Source: an uncultured beta proteobacterium | Lineage (GTDB): Bacteria > Pseudomonadota > Gammaproteobacteria > Burkholderiales > SG8-41 | Assembly: GCA_903893565.1 (NCBI GenBank) | Contig: CAITMU010000121.1 | Coordinates: 19,426-83,425 of the forward strand | Reading direction: 5' to 3' | DNA: 64,000 nt | Shown here: positions 1 to 9,684 of the stretch, piece after piece | Numbering within the stretch: the stretch's first letter is position 1 | Layout: every line of letters starts with the position of its first letter | Notes under the pieces: model-generated | What the model was told of the DNA's origin: nothing | What the model saw: the letters and a program-made list of their open reading frames with translations, nothing else | Database searches by the model: none | Position numbers and translations under genes: made by a program

Positions 1-1577
1 TCTGACTGATCCATGTCGTATAAAACTGCGCTTCCCGATTGGGGCTGAGGGTGCTGAATAACCTCCAAAATAGCACTTCGTAGATCCTGAACGAGACCCT
101 GCGCTTCTTTGGGTAACCAGCGCGGGGGAACCATGGTGGAACCCGTGGCGAGAATGACCTCATGGGGTTGAAGACGGATAATGTCCTCTGCAGTGGCTTC
201 TTGTTGCAAGTGGAAAACAACGCCTGCTCTTTGAGAAGCCGCCATTTGATAATCATAAATGCTGCTGATGGACTCTCCTCCCGGTAACTGACTGCGTAAG
301 CGCGCTTTACCGCCAATGTGCGAAGAGCGAGAAAAAAGATGAACCTCATGACCTCGAGCGGCAGCCACCCAGGCTGCCTCCATCCCCGCAATGCCGGCTC
401 CGACGATGACCACTTTTTTCGGTATCGGGGCAGGACGAGGCCAATAATCGGTCTCATCCACCAGCGCGACTCTTGGATTATTGTCACACGACAAGGATTG
501 ATGGGCGGTCACGCCAACAAACCAGCAGTTATTACAAGACACACAGTAGCGAATATTATGAGCCCGTCCTTGTCGGGCTTTCAAAGGCCAGGCCGGATCG
601 GTCACCAGGGCTCGACCTAAGCCCACCAATTGGGCCTCATTTTGAGCGATGAGTTTATCGGCCTCCGCTGGGTCAGTAATACGACCGAGGATCATTAAAG
701 GGATGATCGGGTTTACCTGAGCACGGATTTGATTAAAAAGAGGCAAATAGGTGACTCTGGGTTCATGGTCGTCCGGGATGTGCATCTCTAAAGAGCGAGC
801 ATGACTGCCTTGTGCAAAGGTGAGATAGTCAATACGGTGCTGTGAGCAGAGGTGGTTAGCAATTTTGATCGCCTCCTCAGCGTTGATACCTCCAGGAACT
901 CCATCGTCGCCGGGTAATTTCAGGCCGACAATGAAATCATGACCGCATTGGCTACGAATCGCGGCGAGCATGTGGCTTAAAAATCGTGAACGCCCGACGA
1001 CATCACCGCCATAGGCATCCTCCCGAATATTGGACCAAGGGGATAAGAATTGATGAAAAAGGTGTCCATGTCCTGCGGAAATTTCAACGCCACTAAAACC
1101 ACAAGTTTTCAGTCGCAGTGCGGAAACGCTAAATTCTTCTATCATCGATTCTATTTCGAATGCCGTGAGTGCTCGGGGCACGGTGCCACTTAAATCATCG
1201 GGCAAAGCGCTCGCCCCTAGGGCCTCTGGATTGCGTCCCGCCTCATGACGGCCTCTGCCCGGGTCTTGAATTTGTCCGAGAAAGCGACAGTCGTGCGATT
1301 CTACTGCCTCAGCCCAGCGCTTTAAGTCTTCTTGATACCGGTTGTCAAAAACGATGACTTTGAAGGGGCTATTTTGATGTCGGGCCATCGATAGCGGTTC
1401 GCTCACAATCATTGCGGCCCCCCCGGCAGCACGATTAGCATAGTATTGCATCATCGGTTCGGTCAAGGCGCTGTGCTTGCCCATACGGGTTGTCATCGAG
1501 GCGTGAACGATGCGATTTTTTAGTTTTTTCCCAGCCAGTTCGAAGGGGGAAAATAATGCCTGATAGTGTTCTGTCAT
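1..1577 (-). CDS. NADH:flavin oxidoreductase, 2,4-dienoyl-CoA reductase (FadH)-like; partial, 3' end outside the window
   Basis: Missing from the ORF track because it runs off the window edge. Manual reverse translation from the ATG (complement of 1575-1577) gives MTEHYQALFSPFELAGKKLKNRIVHASMTTRMG..., an Old-Yellow-Enzyme TIM-barrel N-terminus. Further on it gives KKVVIVGAGIAGMEAAWVAAARGHEV (GxGxxG dinucleotide fold, complement of about 345-419). The frame stays open to position 1. Confidence 0.8.
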   Translation of the reverse strand, partial: MTEHYQALFSPFELAGKKLKNRIVHASMTTRMGKHSALTEPMMQYYANRAAGGAAMIVSEPLSMARHQNSPFKVIVFDNRYQEDLKRWAEAVESHDCRFLGQIQDPGRGRHEAGRNPEALGASALPDDLSGTVPRALTAFEIESMIEEFSVSALRLKTCGFSGVEISAGHGHLFHQFLSPWSNIREDAYGGDVVGRSRFLSHMLAAIRSQCGHDFIVGLKLPGDDGVPGGINAEEAIKIANHLCSQHRIDYLTFAQGSHARSLEMHIPDDHEPRVTYLPLFNQIRAQVNPIIPLMILGRITDPAEADKLIAQNEAQLVGLGRALVTDPAWPLKARQGRAHNIRYCVSCNNCWFVGVTAHQSLSCDNNPRVALVDETDYWPRPAPIPKKVVIVGAGIAGMEAAWVAAARGHEVHLFSRSSHIGGKARLRSQLPGGESISSIYDYQMAASQRAGVVFHLQQEATAEDIIRLQPHEVILATGSTMVPPRWLPKEAQGLVQDLRSAILEVIQHPQPQSGSAVLYDMDQS

Positions 1578-1617
1578 AAAGATCTCAATATGGCGTTGAA
1601 CCAACAAAGGATGCCCT

Positions 1618-2634
1618 TTACGGGGATTGTTTTAAATGCGCTGCCTTGATCAATTCAGCCCACTTGGCATGGTCACGGATGATGAAGGCTGTGAAATCGG
1701 AGATAGAACTGGCCACGACATCTCCGCCCAAGCTTTTTAAACGTTCCTTGGCTAAGCTTTGGGTGAGGGTTTTGACCATCGCTTGATTGAGTTGATCCAG
1801 TATTTTTTTATCTGTTCCGCTGGGGGCGACCATACCGAACCATCCGCTGGTATCGTAGCCCTTGACTCCTGACTCGTCGATAGTGGGTATTTCAGGCGCT
1901 AGGCTTGAGCGTTTAGCCGATGTGACTGCTAGCGCTCTTAATTTTTGACGATTGACCTGGGGTATCAGGGTGGTTAAGTCGCCTGACAGAATTTGAATTT
2001 GTCCTGCCATGACATCGGCCATGGCGGCGGCCACCCCCTTATAAGGAACATGCACGATGTTAATGTGCGCTAAGTACTTGAGCATCTCACCGGCCAGATG
2101 ATTGGTGGTGCCAAAGCCTGGAGATCCAAAATTTAATTGTCCCGGCTTAGACTTCGCTAACAGGATCAGTTCACGCATATTTTTAGCCGGTAGCATCGGG
2201 TGCACGGTGAGCACAAACGGCATGCTGACCACCTGGGTGATGGGGTCAAAATCTTTCAGGGGGTCGTAGTTCATTTTTTCTGATAAGGCGGGCAAAATTC
2301 CCATGGGCCCAGCACTGGCTAAAAGCAGTGTGTAGCCATCGGGCTCCGCTTTCGAGGCCAAGTCCGTGGCAATGGCGGCTCCGGCCCCAGGGCGATTGTC
2401 GACAATAAATGTTTTACCAAAGCTTTCAGTTAAACCTTGGGCTAAAAATCGTGCAATGAAATCACTGCCACCGCCTGGAATAAATCCGACCAAAATGCGT
2501 ACCGGTTTGGTGGGGTAGTTTTGGGCCGACGAGTTCCAAGACCCGCCCAGGTAGCCCAGTGCGACTCCCAACCCAAAGACGATGGAATGCCCCGTTCGAC
2601 GGGGACTTTGATTAATCTGCTTTAATGCCTGCAT
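1618..2634 (-). CDS. Bug/TctC-family tripartite tricarboxylate transporter substrate-binding protein
   Basis: 338-aa ORF with a signal-peptide-like N-terminus followed by QNYPTKPVRILVGFIPGGGSD, the typical start of a mature Bug protein. Size is typical of the family. Confidence 0.9.
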   Translation of the reverse strand: MQALKQINQSPRRTGHSIVFGLGVALGYLGGSWNSSAQNYPTKPVRILVGFIPGGGSDFIARFLAQGLTESFGKTFIVDNRPGAGAAIATDLASKAEPDGYTLLLASAGPMGILPALSEKMNYDPLKDFDPITQVVSMPFVLTVHPMLPAKNMRELILLAKSKPGQLNFGSPGFGTTNHLAGEMLKYLAHINIVHVPYKGVAAAMADVMAGQIQILSGDLTTLIPQVNRQKLRALAVTSAKRSSLAPEIPTIDESGVKGYDTSGWFGMVAPSGTDKKILDQLNQAMVKTLTQSLAKERLKSLGGDVVASSISDFTAFIIRDHAKWAELIKAAHLKQSP

Positions 2635-3610
2635 GGTGAATGAGCTCGGTCATGAGTTGAGTTTGTGATTTAATGTAGTCGGAGAATTCTTGTATCGTAG
2701 AAGCCATGGGCTCAGCGCCTACGTTTTGCAATCGTCGCTGGGTTTCGGGCGCTTGCAATCCTTTGTTCATTTCAAAATTGAGTCGGCTCATGATATCGGG
2801 GCTGACCCCGCTCGGAGCGATTAACCCATACCACGTATTGAGTTCCCATCCAGGTAGTCCTGATTCGGCCGATGTGAGGACGTTGGGCAATTGTGGGATT
2901 CGTTCTTTTCTTAATATCGCTAAGGCTTTTAATTTTTTTTCACGTAATAGTCCCAGTGCGGCCGGCGGACCTATTGTCACCATATCGGTTTCCCCAGTGA
3001 TGAGAGAAAACATGGCGATACTGGTGCCTTTGTAGGGGATGTGGGTGATGTTAATCTTAGCCAGATACTTTAGCATTTCCCCAGCCAAGTGATTGGATGT
3101 GCCAACCCCACCTGAGCCAAAATTTAACTGACCTGGATTTTTTTTGGCCATCGCAATGAGTTCACGCAGGTTGTTGGCGGGTACGGAAGGATGTACGACC
3201 AGCAAAGAAGGGATGTTAGCCACCAAGGAAATGGCCCCTAAGTCTTTTAAATCATACCCGGGATTTTTGTAAAGTCCTGGGCTAATGGTAATGGAGGGAG
3301 AGCATAGGCCGATGGTATAACCATCGGCAGGCGCTCTTGACAATAATGCGTAGCCCACGTTGCCACCCGCACCAGGTTTGTAGTCGGGAATAATATTTTG
3401 TTTCAAACCGAGTTGTAAGAGTTCAGCCACCGTACGACCGAGCGCATCGGTTGCCCCGCCTGGCGGAAACGGTAAAATGAATCGAAGCGCTTTGGTGGGA
3501 TAGGCATGTAACGTTTGTGCCATTGCTTTGTCGGTTCCCCCTAAGTTATTGAGAATGAGACCCCAAAGGAAAAGTGTAAAAAAAAGGGGCCTAGGCCGGT
3601 ATCTATTCAT
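2612..3610 (-). CDS. Bug/TctC-family substrate-binding protein
   Basis: The track ORF is 2612-3727. I place the start at the internal Met (MNRYRPRPLFFTLFLWGLIL...), which gives a normal signal peptide followed by AYPTKALRFILPFPPGGATD. The 39 upstream codons are AT-rich and low complexity. Confidence 0.85.
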   Translation of the reverse strand: MNRYRPRPLFFTLFLWGLILNNLGGTDKAMAQTLHAYPTKALRFILPFPPGGATDALGRTVAELLQLGLKQNIIPDYKPGAGGNVGYALLSRAPADGYTIGLCSPSITISPGLYKNPGYDLKDLGAISLVANIPSLLVVHPSVPANNLRELIAMAKKNPGQLNFGSGGVGTSNHLAGEMLKYLAKINITHIPYKGTSIAMFSLITGETDMVTIGPPAALGLLREKKLKALAILRKERIPQLPNVLTSAESGLPGWELNTWYGLIAPSGVSPDIMSRLNFEMNKGLQAPETQRRLQNVGAEPMASTIQEFSDYIKSQTQLMTELIHHAGIKAD

Positions 3611-4302
3611 GAGGAAGAGAAATTCATTGATGAACACGAAAGAAAATATCGTTTTTAAAAATATCGCGTATTTAATTTTACTGCTAAAGCCGGGTGATCT
3701 ATTTTTTAGCCGATTTTGAAACATCAATGCGGCTTATTTTTTCGCTTTTATTATTATTGATTCCAAGCGCTATTGTAATGTAATCGAAGTCCACACTAAC
3801 GCTAAAACGTGCGGCAAGTGTCCCATGAAAGGTAGAATAAGTCTTTTTTTGATGCCTGTGTACGTTTACTCATAAATCGCAAGTGAAGGCTTAATAAAAT
3901 CAGTGAGTTAGTCAATGGTCGTCCACCCTACAGTAGAAGCGTAAGCCCTCATAAGTGGCAAGTTTCTTAGTCAATTACCCCATAAACTGCACTTTTCGCC
4001 TACTATTTTGTGCATTTGAATATTCTGAGATAGGCTTCTAAGAGTCATGAAAGCACAAGGATCCATAGGGCGCTCCTAAATATGACTTTGGTTTACCAAA
4101 AGAATTGGCTCGAACGATTGGGGGCTGCTACAAGTGGGATTGAAAATTACGAAAAACATTGGTTTAGGATTGATGACCCAAATGTAGGTGAATTTAGAAA
4201 AAGTTCATCTGGGTAGTGGTAAGCGCAACCTTGTTCCAGGGGGTGTCTATCGCTCTGAATATCAACTGACTTTGTCGCGGGAGTTAATTTAGGTGGAGAA
4301 TT

Positions 4303-4512
4303 ATGAGTGCTAAGTTCGCTTTGCATGGAGGCACTGCAATCAATTTATTAGTCCGTGATATGCCTAGGCTTTCCGTGGATATTGATATGACTGACTTGCC
4401 CATTGATTCTAGAGATGTGACTTTGAAAAATATTGGCCTAGCTTTAGGACGAATTAAGCAGGAGATCGAAAGAGCGCTTGGGGTCTTTATTGTGTATCAA
4501 GTTGAAGTTTGA
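4303..4512 (+). pseudogene. Truncated fragment of an AbiEii/AbiGii-type nucleotidyltransferase toxin
   Basis: The 69-aa ORF reads FALHGGTAINLLVRDMPRLSVDIDMTD, matching the N-terminal nucleotidyltransferase motif (hGGTAl...pRfSxDiDf) of AbiEii toxins. Those are normally about 280-300 aa; this one ends after about 70 aa. The sequence just upstream (..PGGVYRSEY..) is broken by stops. Confidence 0.55.
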
Positions 4513-4599
4513 GTGGCTCTCAGAGGCATTTTCCTTTCCCATCAAAAAAATGGGTAAATAGTGGAAAAAACGTGGAAATAGTGTGTAAAATGATTTCCT

Positions 4600-5004
4600 A
4601 TGAGAACCCAATTAAGTACATCAAAACCCCCTTTTTCTATCTTTAGCTCCATTCCCGTATCTGATGAGCTGGGCTTATTTAGGGGGAAAGGCTTACCAAA
4701 TTACAACCGAGTCAAAGATATTTTGGGGTACACGAAAGAAGATATTTCGATTGCCTCAGGCGTTCCATTTGGGTCGGTTCGTTTTGATAAGAAAATCCCG
4801 ATTGAGCTAACGCAGCGTATTACAGAGTGGGCGACTGCTATTGCCTTGGTGCATAGTTTTTTCAATGACGAAAACAAAACTATGCTTTGGTTTAAAGTTC
4901 CCAACCCCCTCTTGGGTGATGTGGCGCCGCGCGACATGATCAAGGTTGGACGCTTTAAAAAACTCTTTAAATTTATTCAAAGTGCTTTGGAAGAGAATCA
5001 ATAA
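4600..5004 (+). CDS. Xre/MbcA/ParS-like antitoxin (HTH plus DUF2384 toxin-binding domain)
   Basis: 134 aa. The C-terminal part MLWFKVPNPLLGDVAPRDMIKVGRFKKLFKFIQS fits the DUF2384 pattern (W...pnp.LgG..P.dll). It lies directly upstream of and abuts a RES-domain gene. Confidence 0.8.
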   Translation: MRTQLSTSKPPFSIFSSIPVSDELGLFRGKGLPNYNRVKDILGYTKEDISIASGVPFGSVRFDKKIPIELTQRITEWATAIALVHSFFNDENKTMLWFKVPNPLLGDVAPRDMIKVGRFKKLFKFIQSALEENQ

Positions 5005-5982
5005 TTGGCCATTCGCAAGCCAGCCCTACATCATCGGGGTCGACCCAAGCTTATTAAGAAGACGAAAAAGCTGACACCTGAAAAACGAGTAGAGCATCTA
5101 CTGGAAGAGGGCTCCCTTCAAAGCTTAATTGAGGGAAAAAAACTTAATCAAGCCTATATAAAGTATCAATGGGATTTTTATTCGGAGTTGGCCTACCAGC
5201 GAAGTTTGATCCAAGATCAGCTAATAGCGAGTCTACAAGAAAGTGCCATTGCTGGTTATCAGTTTGATGCTTGGCAACGGGTTACACGCTGGAAGTATTC
5301 TGGACATCCCTTTTCCACAGTAGGTAGCTTAGTGTCATGGGGTGGCAGATTTAATCTTGGCCAAGATATTTCTCCCATCGGGACCTTGAAAACATTTCAA
5401 GCCTTGTATTTGGCGCAAAGTCAGGCTACCGCGCTGGTGGAAGGCCTGGGAAGTGGAATGAGCAACTCCCCTTTGTCTATTGAGGAAATCGCTCTAGCCA
5501 ATAAAAGCTCTTTTGTATGCGTCTCGGTCTCCGGCGCCTTGGATCGCGTGATTGATTTGACGGATAAAGCCACCCTAGTCAAGTTTGCGAAATTAATTTC
5601 AAAATTTAAAGTGCCGCAATCTATATTAGATTCTGCCGCGCAGCTTAATATTCCGCTGCCTACTTTAATAAAAAGTCCGGGCCCTCTACTCAAGTCATTT
5701 TTAATTGAGAACTGGCGCAAGGAGCCTGCTCAATTTGACATACCGGCTAATGGGCAAATCTTTGGCCAGTTAGTTTATCTGGCCGGAATTGACGTTATCA
5801 TCTATCCATCAAGTAAGACTGGTGAGAAATGCTTCGCAATTTTTCCATCCAATTTTGATGGTAGAAATTCTTATTTGAGACTTGACGATGAGCCTCCCGA
5901 AAAATGGACTCCGAGATTCATTTCATCAGATAATTTCACGCTTTGTGAAAAAACTTCCGATGAGCTCAAATCGTTGGGCTAA
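5005..5982 (+). CDS. RES-domain toxin (NAD+-targeting MbcT/ParT-type family) with a long N-terminal extension
   Basis: Candidate RES residues are WGGRFN (Arg), ALYLAQSQATALVE (Glu) and IIYPSSK (Ser). The TTG start immediately follows the antitoxin TAA (TAATTG). Confidence 0.75.
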   Translation: MAIRKPALHHRGRPKLIKKTKKLTPEKRVEHLLEEGSLQSLIEGKKLNQAYIKYQWDFYSELAYQRSLIQDQLIASLQESAIAGYQFDAWQRVTRWKYSGHPFSTVGSLVSWGGRFNLGQDISPIGTLKTFQALYLAQSQATALVEGLGSGMSNSPLSIEEIALANKSSFVCVSVSGALDRVIDLTDKATLVKFAKLISKFKVPQSILDSAAQLNIPLPTLIKSPGPLLKSFLIENWRKEPAQFDIPANGQIFGQLVYLAGIDVIIYPSSKTGEKCFAIFPSNFDGRNSYLRLDDEPPEKWTPRFISSDNFTLCEKTSDELKSLG

Positions 5983-5996
5983 TTGGTTAAGAAGCG

Positions 5997-6373
5997 TTAT
6001 AGAGCGTGATTAATATATTCCAAGTAACTCATTACGGTATCGGTTTTTGACCAGCGCCCCATACTCATAATGATGGGTAGGCTCGCTCCCGGTATCACTA
6101 AATCTTGAGCATAGCCAACACGCGTTGAGTGGCCGCTGATTATGGTAATAAAAGATTCATCTAATTAGTAGCACCAGAGGCTACCTTCTTTAAGACCAAT
6201 GCTTTCGCCAAATGAAACAAGGCATTCGGTAAAGGAGCTGTGACTTGTTTCCCCAATGGCATTTTCTTCAACCTCTAAAACTATCAAAGTAATTTTTGTC
6301 CAAGCGCGCGCATCATCACCATTAAGAGTCTTAATAGAGTCTGATATTTTTTGGTAATCTCTTGTTTGGACAT
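5997..6373 (-). pseudogene. Tyrosine recombinase/integrase, C-terminal remnant
   Basis: Manual reverse translation gives ..FITIISGHSTRVGYAQDLVIPGASLPIIMSMGRWSKTDTVMSYLEYINHAL*. This has the H-x-x-R and terminal catalytic Tyr pattern of a tyrosine recombinase C-terminus. An in-frame stop lies just upstream (..SLWCY*LDES..) and there is no intact N-terminal part. Confidence 0.55.
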
Positions 6374-6399
6374 TTAACCGAGATTTTCCATTAGAAACG

Positions 6400-6778
6400 T
6401 CTAAGGGTCAAAGACGGGGGTAAAAGTGACCGGTTTTTCGAAGGTTTTTGACCTATCCCAAACCCCTTCAAACCAGGTTCTTTGCTTTTACGTCCATGAC
6501 CACATTAAGGTGATTTTTTCGACCGGCTTTGCTTATGTAAGCCGCCTTGGCGAAGAGCTTATACCTTAGCGTGTTAAAGTGTGTGTTGCATCTGTTTGGG
6601 TTGTATTTTTTCTACCGTGCTACGCAGGGCCGCTTGCCTAAATAAACTCATCTTTGGCGGCAATTGAATCGGCTTTTAAAGCCTCTTCAAACTTCAAGTG
6701 TTCCAGGATGCGTTTCATCAGGGCCATTCCGTCCCAAGGCGTGATCTTTTTGTCTGCAAAAGTAAGCTCGAAGTCCAT
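6400..6778 (-). mobile_element. Internally deleted DDE-transposase (IS4-superfamily / IS1380-like) remnant
   Basis: The reverse strand encodes MDFELTFADKKITPWDGMALMKRILEHLKFEEAL.., a transposase-type N-terminus, which ends after 46 aa. Further on, ..LRYKLFAKAAYISKAGRKNHLNVVMDVKAKN.. resembles a transposase C-terminal tail. The catalytic core is absent. The family assignment is tentative. Confidence 0.45.
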
Positions 6779-7033
6779 CAAACCCCTCGCGCTAAAAAAG
6801 TGAATGAATTAAAATGAACTCAACACATTAAAAACCAATGAAATCATACATTTTTTTTATTGGTTTCCATTAGGAATCGAATCAAATAAAAAATCTCGAT
6901 TGAATTGGTTATTAGTCCAGCTGGCTAAAGTATTTATTGTCAAGTTAAAGTGTTTGGAACACTGTATTTATAAGGCTCTGCGGGACTGGCAATTTATGGT
7001 GGATCAAATTGCTGTTTATGGGTAACCCACGGT

Positions 7034-8677
7034 ATGGCGTTGCCTCTAAGAGTGCGAGGCTCATGCACCGAGTTCATTGAGAGGGTATCTGTTTTGTTGA
7101 CTTTGGCTCCATCGTATAGCGTGTGGCGTATGTTCGAATCCGCAGTGGCGCAAGGGCCGCTGAAGCCGGCTTTGATTTTTGAGTCTAAGGCTTGGACCTA
7201 CCAAGCGCTTCATCAAGAAGCGAATGCGATCGCGGCGGCATTGGTGGCTCTAGGTATTAAAAAAGGCGATTGTGTGGCGATTTGGTTACCCAATGTGCCT
7301 TTTTGGATCACTTTGTTTTTAGCCTGTACAAAAATCGGCGCCCCAGTGTTGGCCTTGAATACTCGATTTAAATCGAAGGAAGTGGGCGATGTGCTCGCCA
7401 GAGCTGAGGCTAAGGTATTGGTTTATAGTCCTCATTTTTTGGGTATCGACTTTTCTGCGCTCATTAATGAAATAGATCCGGTGTGCCTTAAGGCTCTATC
7501 ACAGGTATTTGCTTGGAGCCCCGAGGCGTCCCCTCCGACCAAGGTAGCCGGTTTGGCTGTATGGGATGCTGCGAGGCTTTTGGAGTTTCATCCCTTTGTG
7601 ACCCCTGTCGATACGCCTGATAGCGCGTGTGTGATGTTTACCACTTCGGGGACCACCAGTCGGCCTAAGCTTGTCTTACACAGTCAAAGGAGCATTGCTC
7701 ATCACGCGCAAGATGTCGCGCGCGCGCTCGGTTATGAGGTTCCGGGTAGTGTGATTTTGGTGGTGACCCCGCTTTGTGGGGTGTCGGGCTTTGGCGTTCC
7801 GATGGCTTGTATAGCGGCCCAAGCGGTTTTTGTCTTGAGTGTTAGTTTTAATACTGAGCAAAGTCTTCACATCATTCAATCCCATCGGATCACCCATATC
7901 CATGCCAATCACGAGATCGTACGGCGTTGGCTGGATTACGAAGCAGGGCCCGTTGATTTTTCTTCTTTGAAAATGGTCAATTGCGGTTCGGGTATCGGCG
8001 CTTTGATCGAGCGCGCAAAGGCGCGAACACTTCCCCTCTTATCGATTTACGGGTCGAGTGAAGTGCAGGCGCGTTTTTCTTCTCAGCTTCATGCGCAAAA
8101 TAGCTCACAAGCACTGGAAGGCGGCGGCAGGCCTTTGTCGTCTTTGGCCCGAGTTCGAGTCGCTGATATTGAAAGCGGTGAGTCTCTAGGCCCTGAAGCG
8201 CGGGGCGAATTGCAGATCTGTGCGCCCAGTCAGCTAATGGGTTATTTTTCCGATAGTCAGGCGACCCAAAATGCCATAACCCATGATGGTTATGTGCGCA
8301 CCGGTGACTGTGGTTATATTCGTGAGGATGGCAGTTTTGTGTTGGAAGCCCGTATTGGGGATGTTTTAAAGCTTTCCGGTTTTATGGTCAGTCCTGCGGA
8401 AATAGAGTCATTTATTTTGGACTATGAGGGCGTCTTGCAGTGTCAAGTGGTGGGTAGGCCAACAGCGCGTGGCCTACGTGCGGTGGCTTTTGTAAAAACC
8501 CAATACGAGTTTCAAGAGTCGAATCTTCGTGACTATTGTCGAGCGCATATGGCAGCGTATAAAGTGCCTATCAGAATTATTCGTTTGGATGAATTTCCCG
8601 TCACTGCAGGGGTTAATTCACCAAAAATACAAAAAAATGCCTTACGTGAATTGGCTAAAACAATCAATATTGAGTAG
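7034..8677 (+). CDS. AMP-dependent acyl-CoA synthetase/ligase
   Basis: Carries the AMP-binding motif MFTTSGTTSRPK, later GYVRTGDCGY, and a C-terminal ..YKVPIRII.. region. The true start may be the internal Met at 7130 (MFESAVAQGP...). Confidence 0.85.
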   Translation: MALPLRVRGSCTEFIERVSVLLTLAPSYSVWRMFESAVAQGPLKPALIFESKAWTYQALHQEANAIAAALVALGIKKGDCVAIWLPNVPFWITLFLACTKIGAPVLALNTRFKSKEVGDVLARAEAKVLVYSPHFLGIDFSALINEIDPVCLKALSQVFAWSPEASPPTKVAGLAVWDAARLLEFHPFVTPVDTPDSACVMFTTSGTTSRPKLVLHSQRSIAHHAQDVARALGYEVPGSVILVVTPLCGVSGFGVPMACIAAQAVFVLSVSFNTEQSLHIIQSHRITHIHANHEIVRRWLDYEAGPVDFSSLKMVNCGSGIGALIERAKARTLPLLSIYGSSEVQARFSSQLHAQNSSQALEGGGRPLSSLARVRVADIESGESLGPEARGELQICAPSQLMGYFSDSQATQNAITHDGYVRTGDCGYIREDGSFVLEARIGDVLKLSGFMVSPAEIESFILDYEGVLQCQVVGRPTARGLRAVAFVKTQYEFQESNLRDYCRAHMAAYKVPIRIIRLDEFPVTAGVNSPKIQKNALRELAKTINIE

Positions 8678-8684
8678 ATAGAAA

Positions 8685-9677
8685 ATGAGATATCAAAACC
8701 GTTATTTTTGGTGCACTCTGGGGTTAATGGGTTTGTTGGGTAGTCGCACGGTTATGGCACAAGAAAAATCGCTCGCTGACACTTATCCGAGTAAGCCCAT
8801 TCACTTTATCGTGCCTTATTCTCCGGGAGGGCCCACCGACGTGTTAGCCCGGTTATTGGGGCAAAAAATGACAGAGCGCTGGGGACAACCCGTGGTGGTC
8901 GAAAACCGGGCCGGCGCCAATGGTGCGATTGGTGCTGAGTTGTTGGCAAAGTCGCCTAACGATGGCTCGGTTCTTTTTCTGGGTAATACGAGTATCCTGA
9001 CAATCAATCCGGTCATGTATAAAAAACTACCCTACGATGCCGAAAAGCAATTTCAACCGGTGAACTTAACGGTGGCAGCGCCGTTATTGCTAACGGTGCA
9101 TCCTTCCATTGGGGTTAAATCGGTGAAGGATATGATTCGTCTAGCGCAAAAACCAGGCTCCGCCTTGACCTTCGCGTCCTCGGGAACGGGGGGGGTGGCG
9201 CATTTGTCGGGGGAGTTAATGAAACTGTTAGCGCATATCGACCTCATTCATATCCCGTATAAAGGGGCAGGGCCTGCGACAGTGGACTTGATTGCGGGGC
9301 AAGTGGCGATGACCTTTACCAGTACGGTTTCTGTGATGAACCACGTCAAGGCGGGGCGTTTGCGCGGTATTGCGGTGACCACGCCTAAAAGAGCGCCTAG
9401 CTTACCTGAAGTGCCTGCAATCAGTGAGACCGTGCCTGGCTATGATGTGAGCCCTTGGTATGGGGTATTGGTGCCGGCATTAACGCCGATGGTCATTGTG
9501 AATAAAATTCATAATGAAGTGGCTAGAATTGTTAAAATTAGCGAAATAAATCAGCGATTGAGTGAAGAGGGGGGTACCGTGGTGAACGAGGGGCCGGAAG
9601 GCTTTGCTCGAATGATCACGGCAGAAAGATTAAAGTGGGCCCGTGTGGTTCAGAACGCTCAGATTCGAGGTGAATAA
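8685..9677 (+). CDS. Bug/TctC-family substrate-binding protein
   Basis: Signal peptide followed by TYPSKPIHFIVPYSPGGPTD. 330 aa. Confidence 0.9.
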   Translation: MRYQNRYFWCTLGLMGLLGSRTVMAQEKSLADTYPSKPIHFIVPYSPGGPTDVLARLLGQKMTERWGQPVVVENRAGANGAIGAELLAKSPNDGSVLFLGNTSILTINPVMYKKLPYDAEKQFQPVNLTVAAPLLLTVHPSIGVKSVKDMIRLAQKPGSALTFASSGTGGVAHLSGELMKLLAHIDLIHIPYKGAGPATVDLIAGQVAMTFTSTVSVMNHVKAGRLRGIAVTTPKRAPSLPEVPAISETVPGYDVSPWYGVLVPALTPMVIVNKIHNEVARIVKISEINQRLSEEGGTVVNEGPEGFARMITAERLKWARVVQNAQIRGE

Positions 9678-9684
9678 GTCAGGG

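Noticed and set aside
2612-3727. The full 371-aa version of the second Bug ORF, and the plus-strand ORFs 2706-3035 and 3528-3719.
   Set aside because: The extra 39 N-terminal codons are AT-rich and hydrophobic and precede a perfectly normal signal peptide that starts at an internal Met. The plus-strand ORFs are antisense to the Bug gene.
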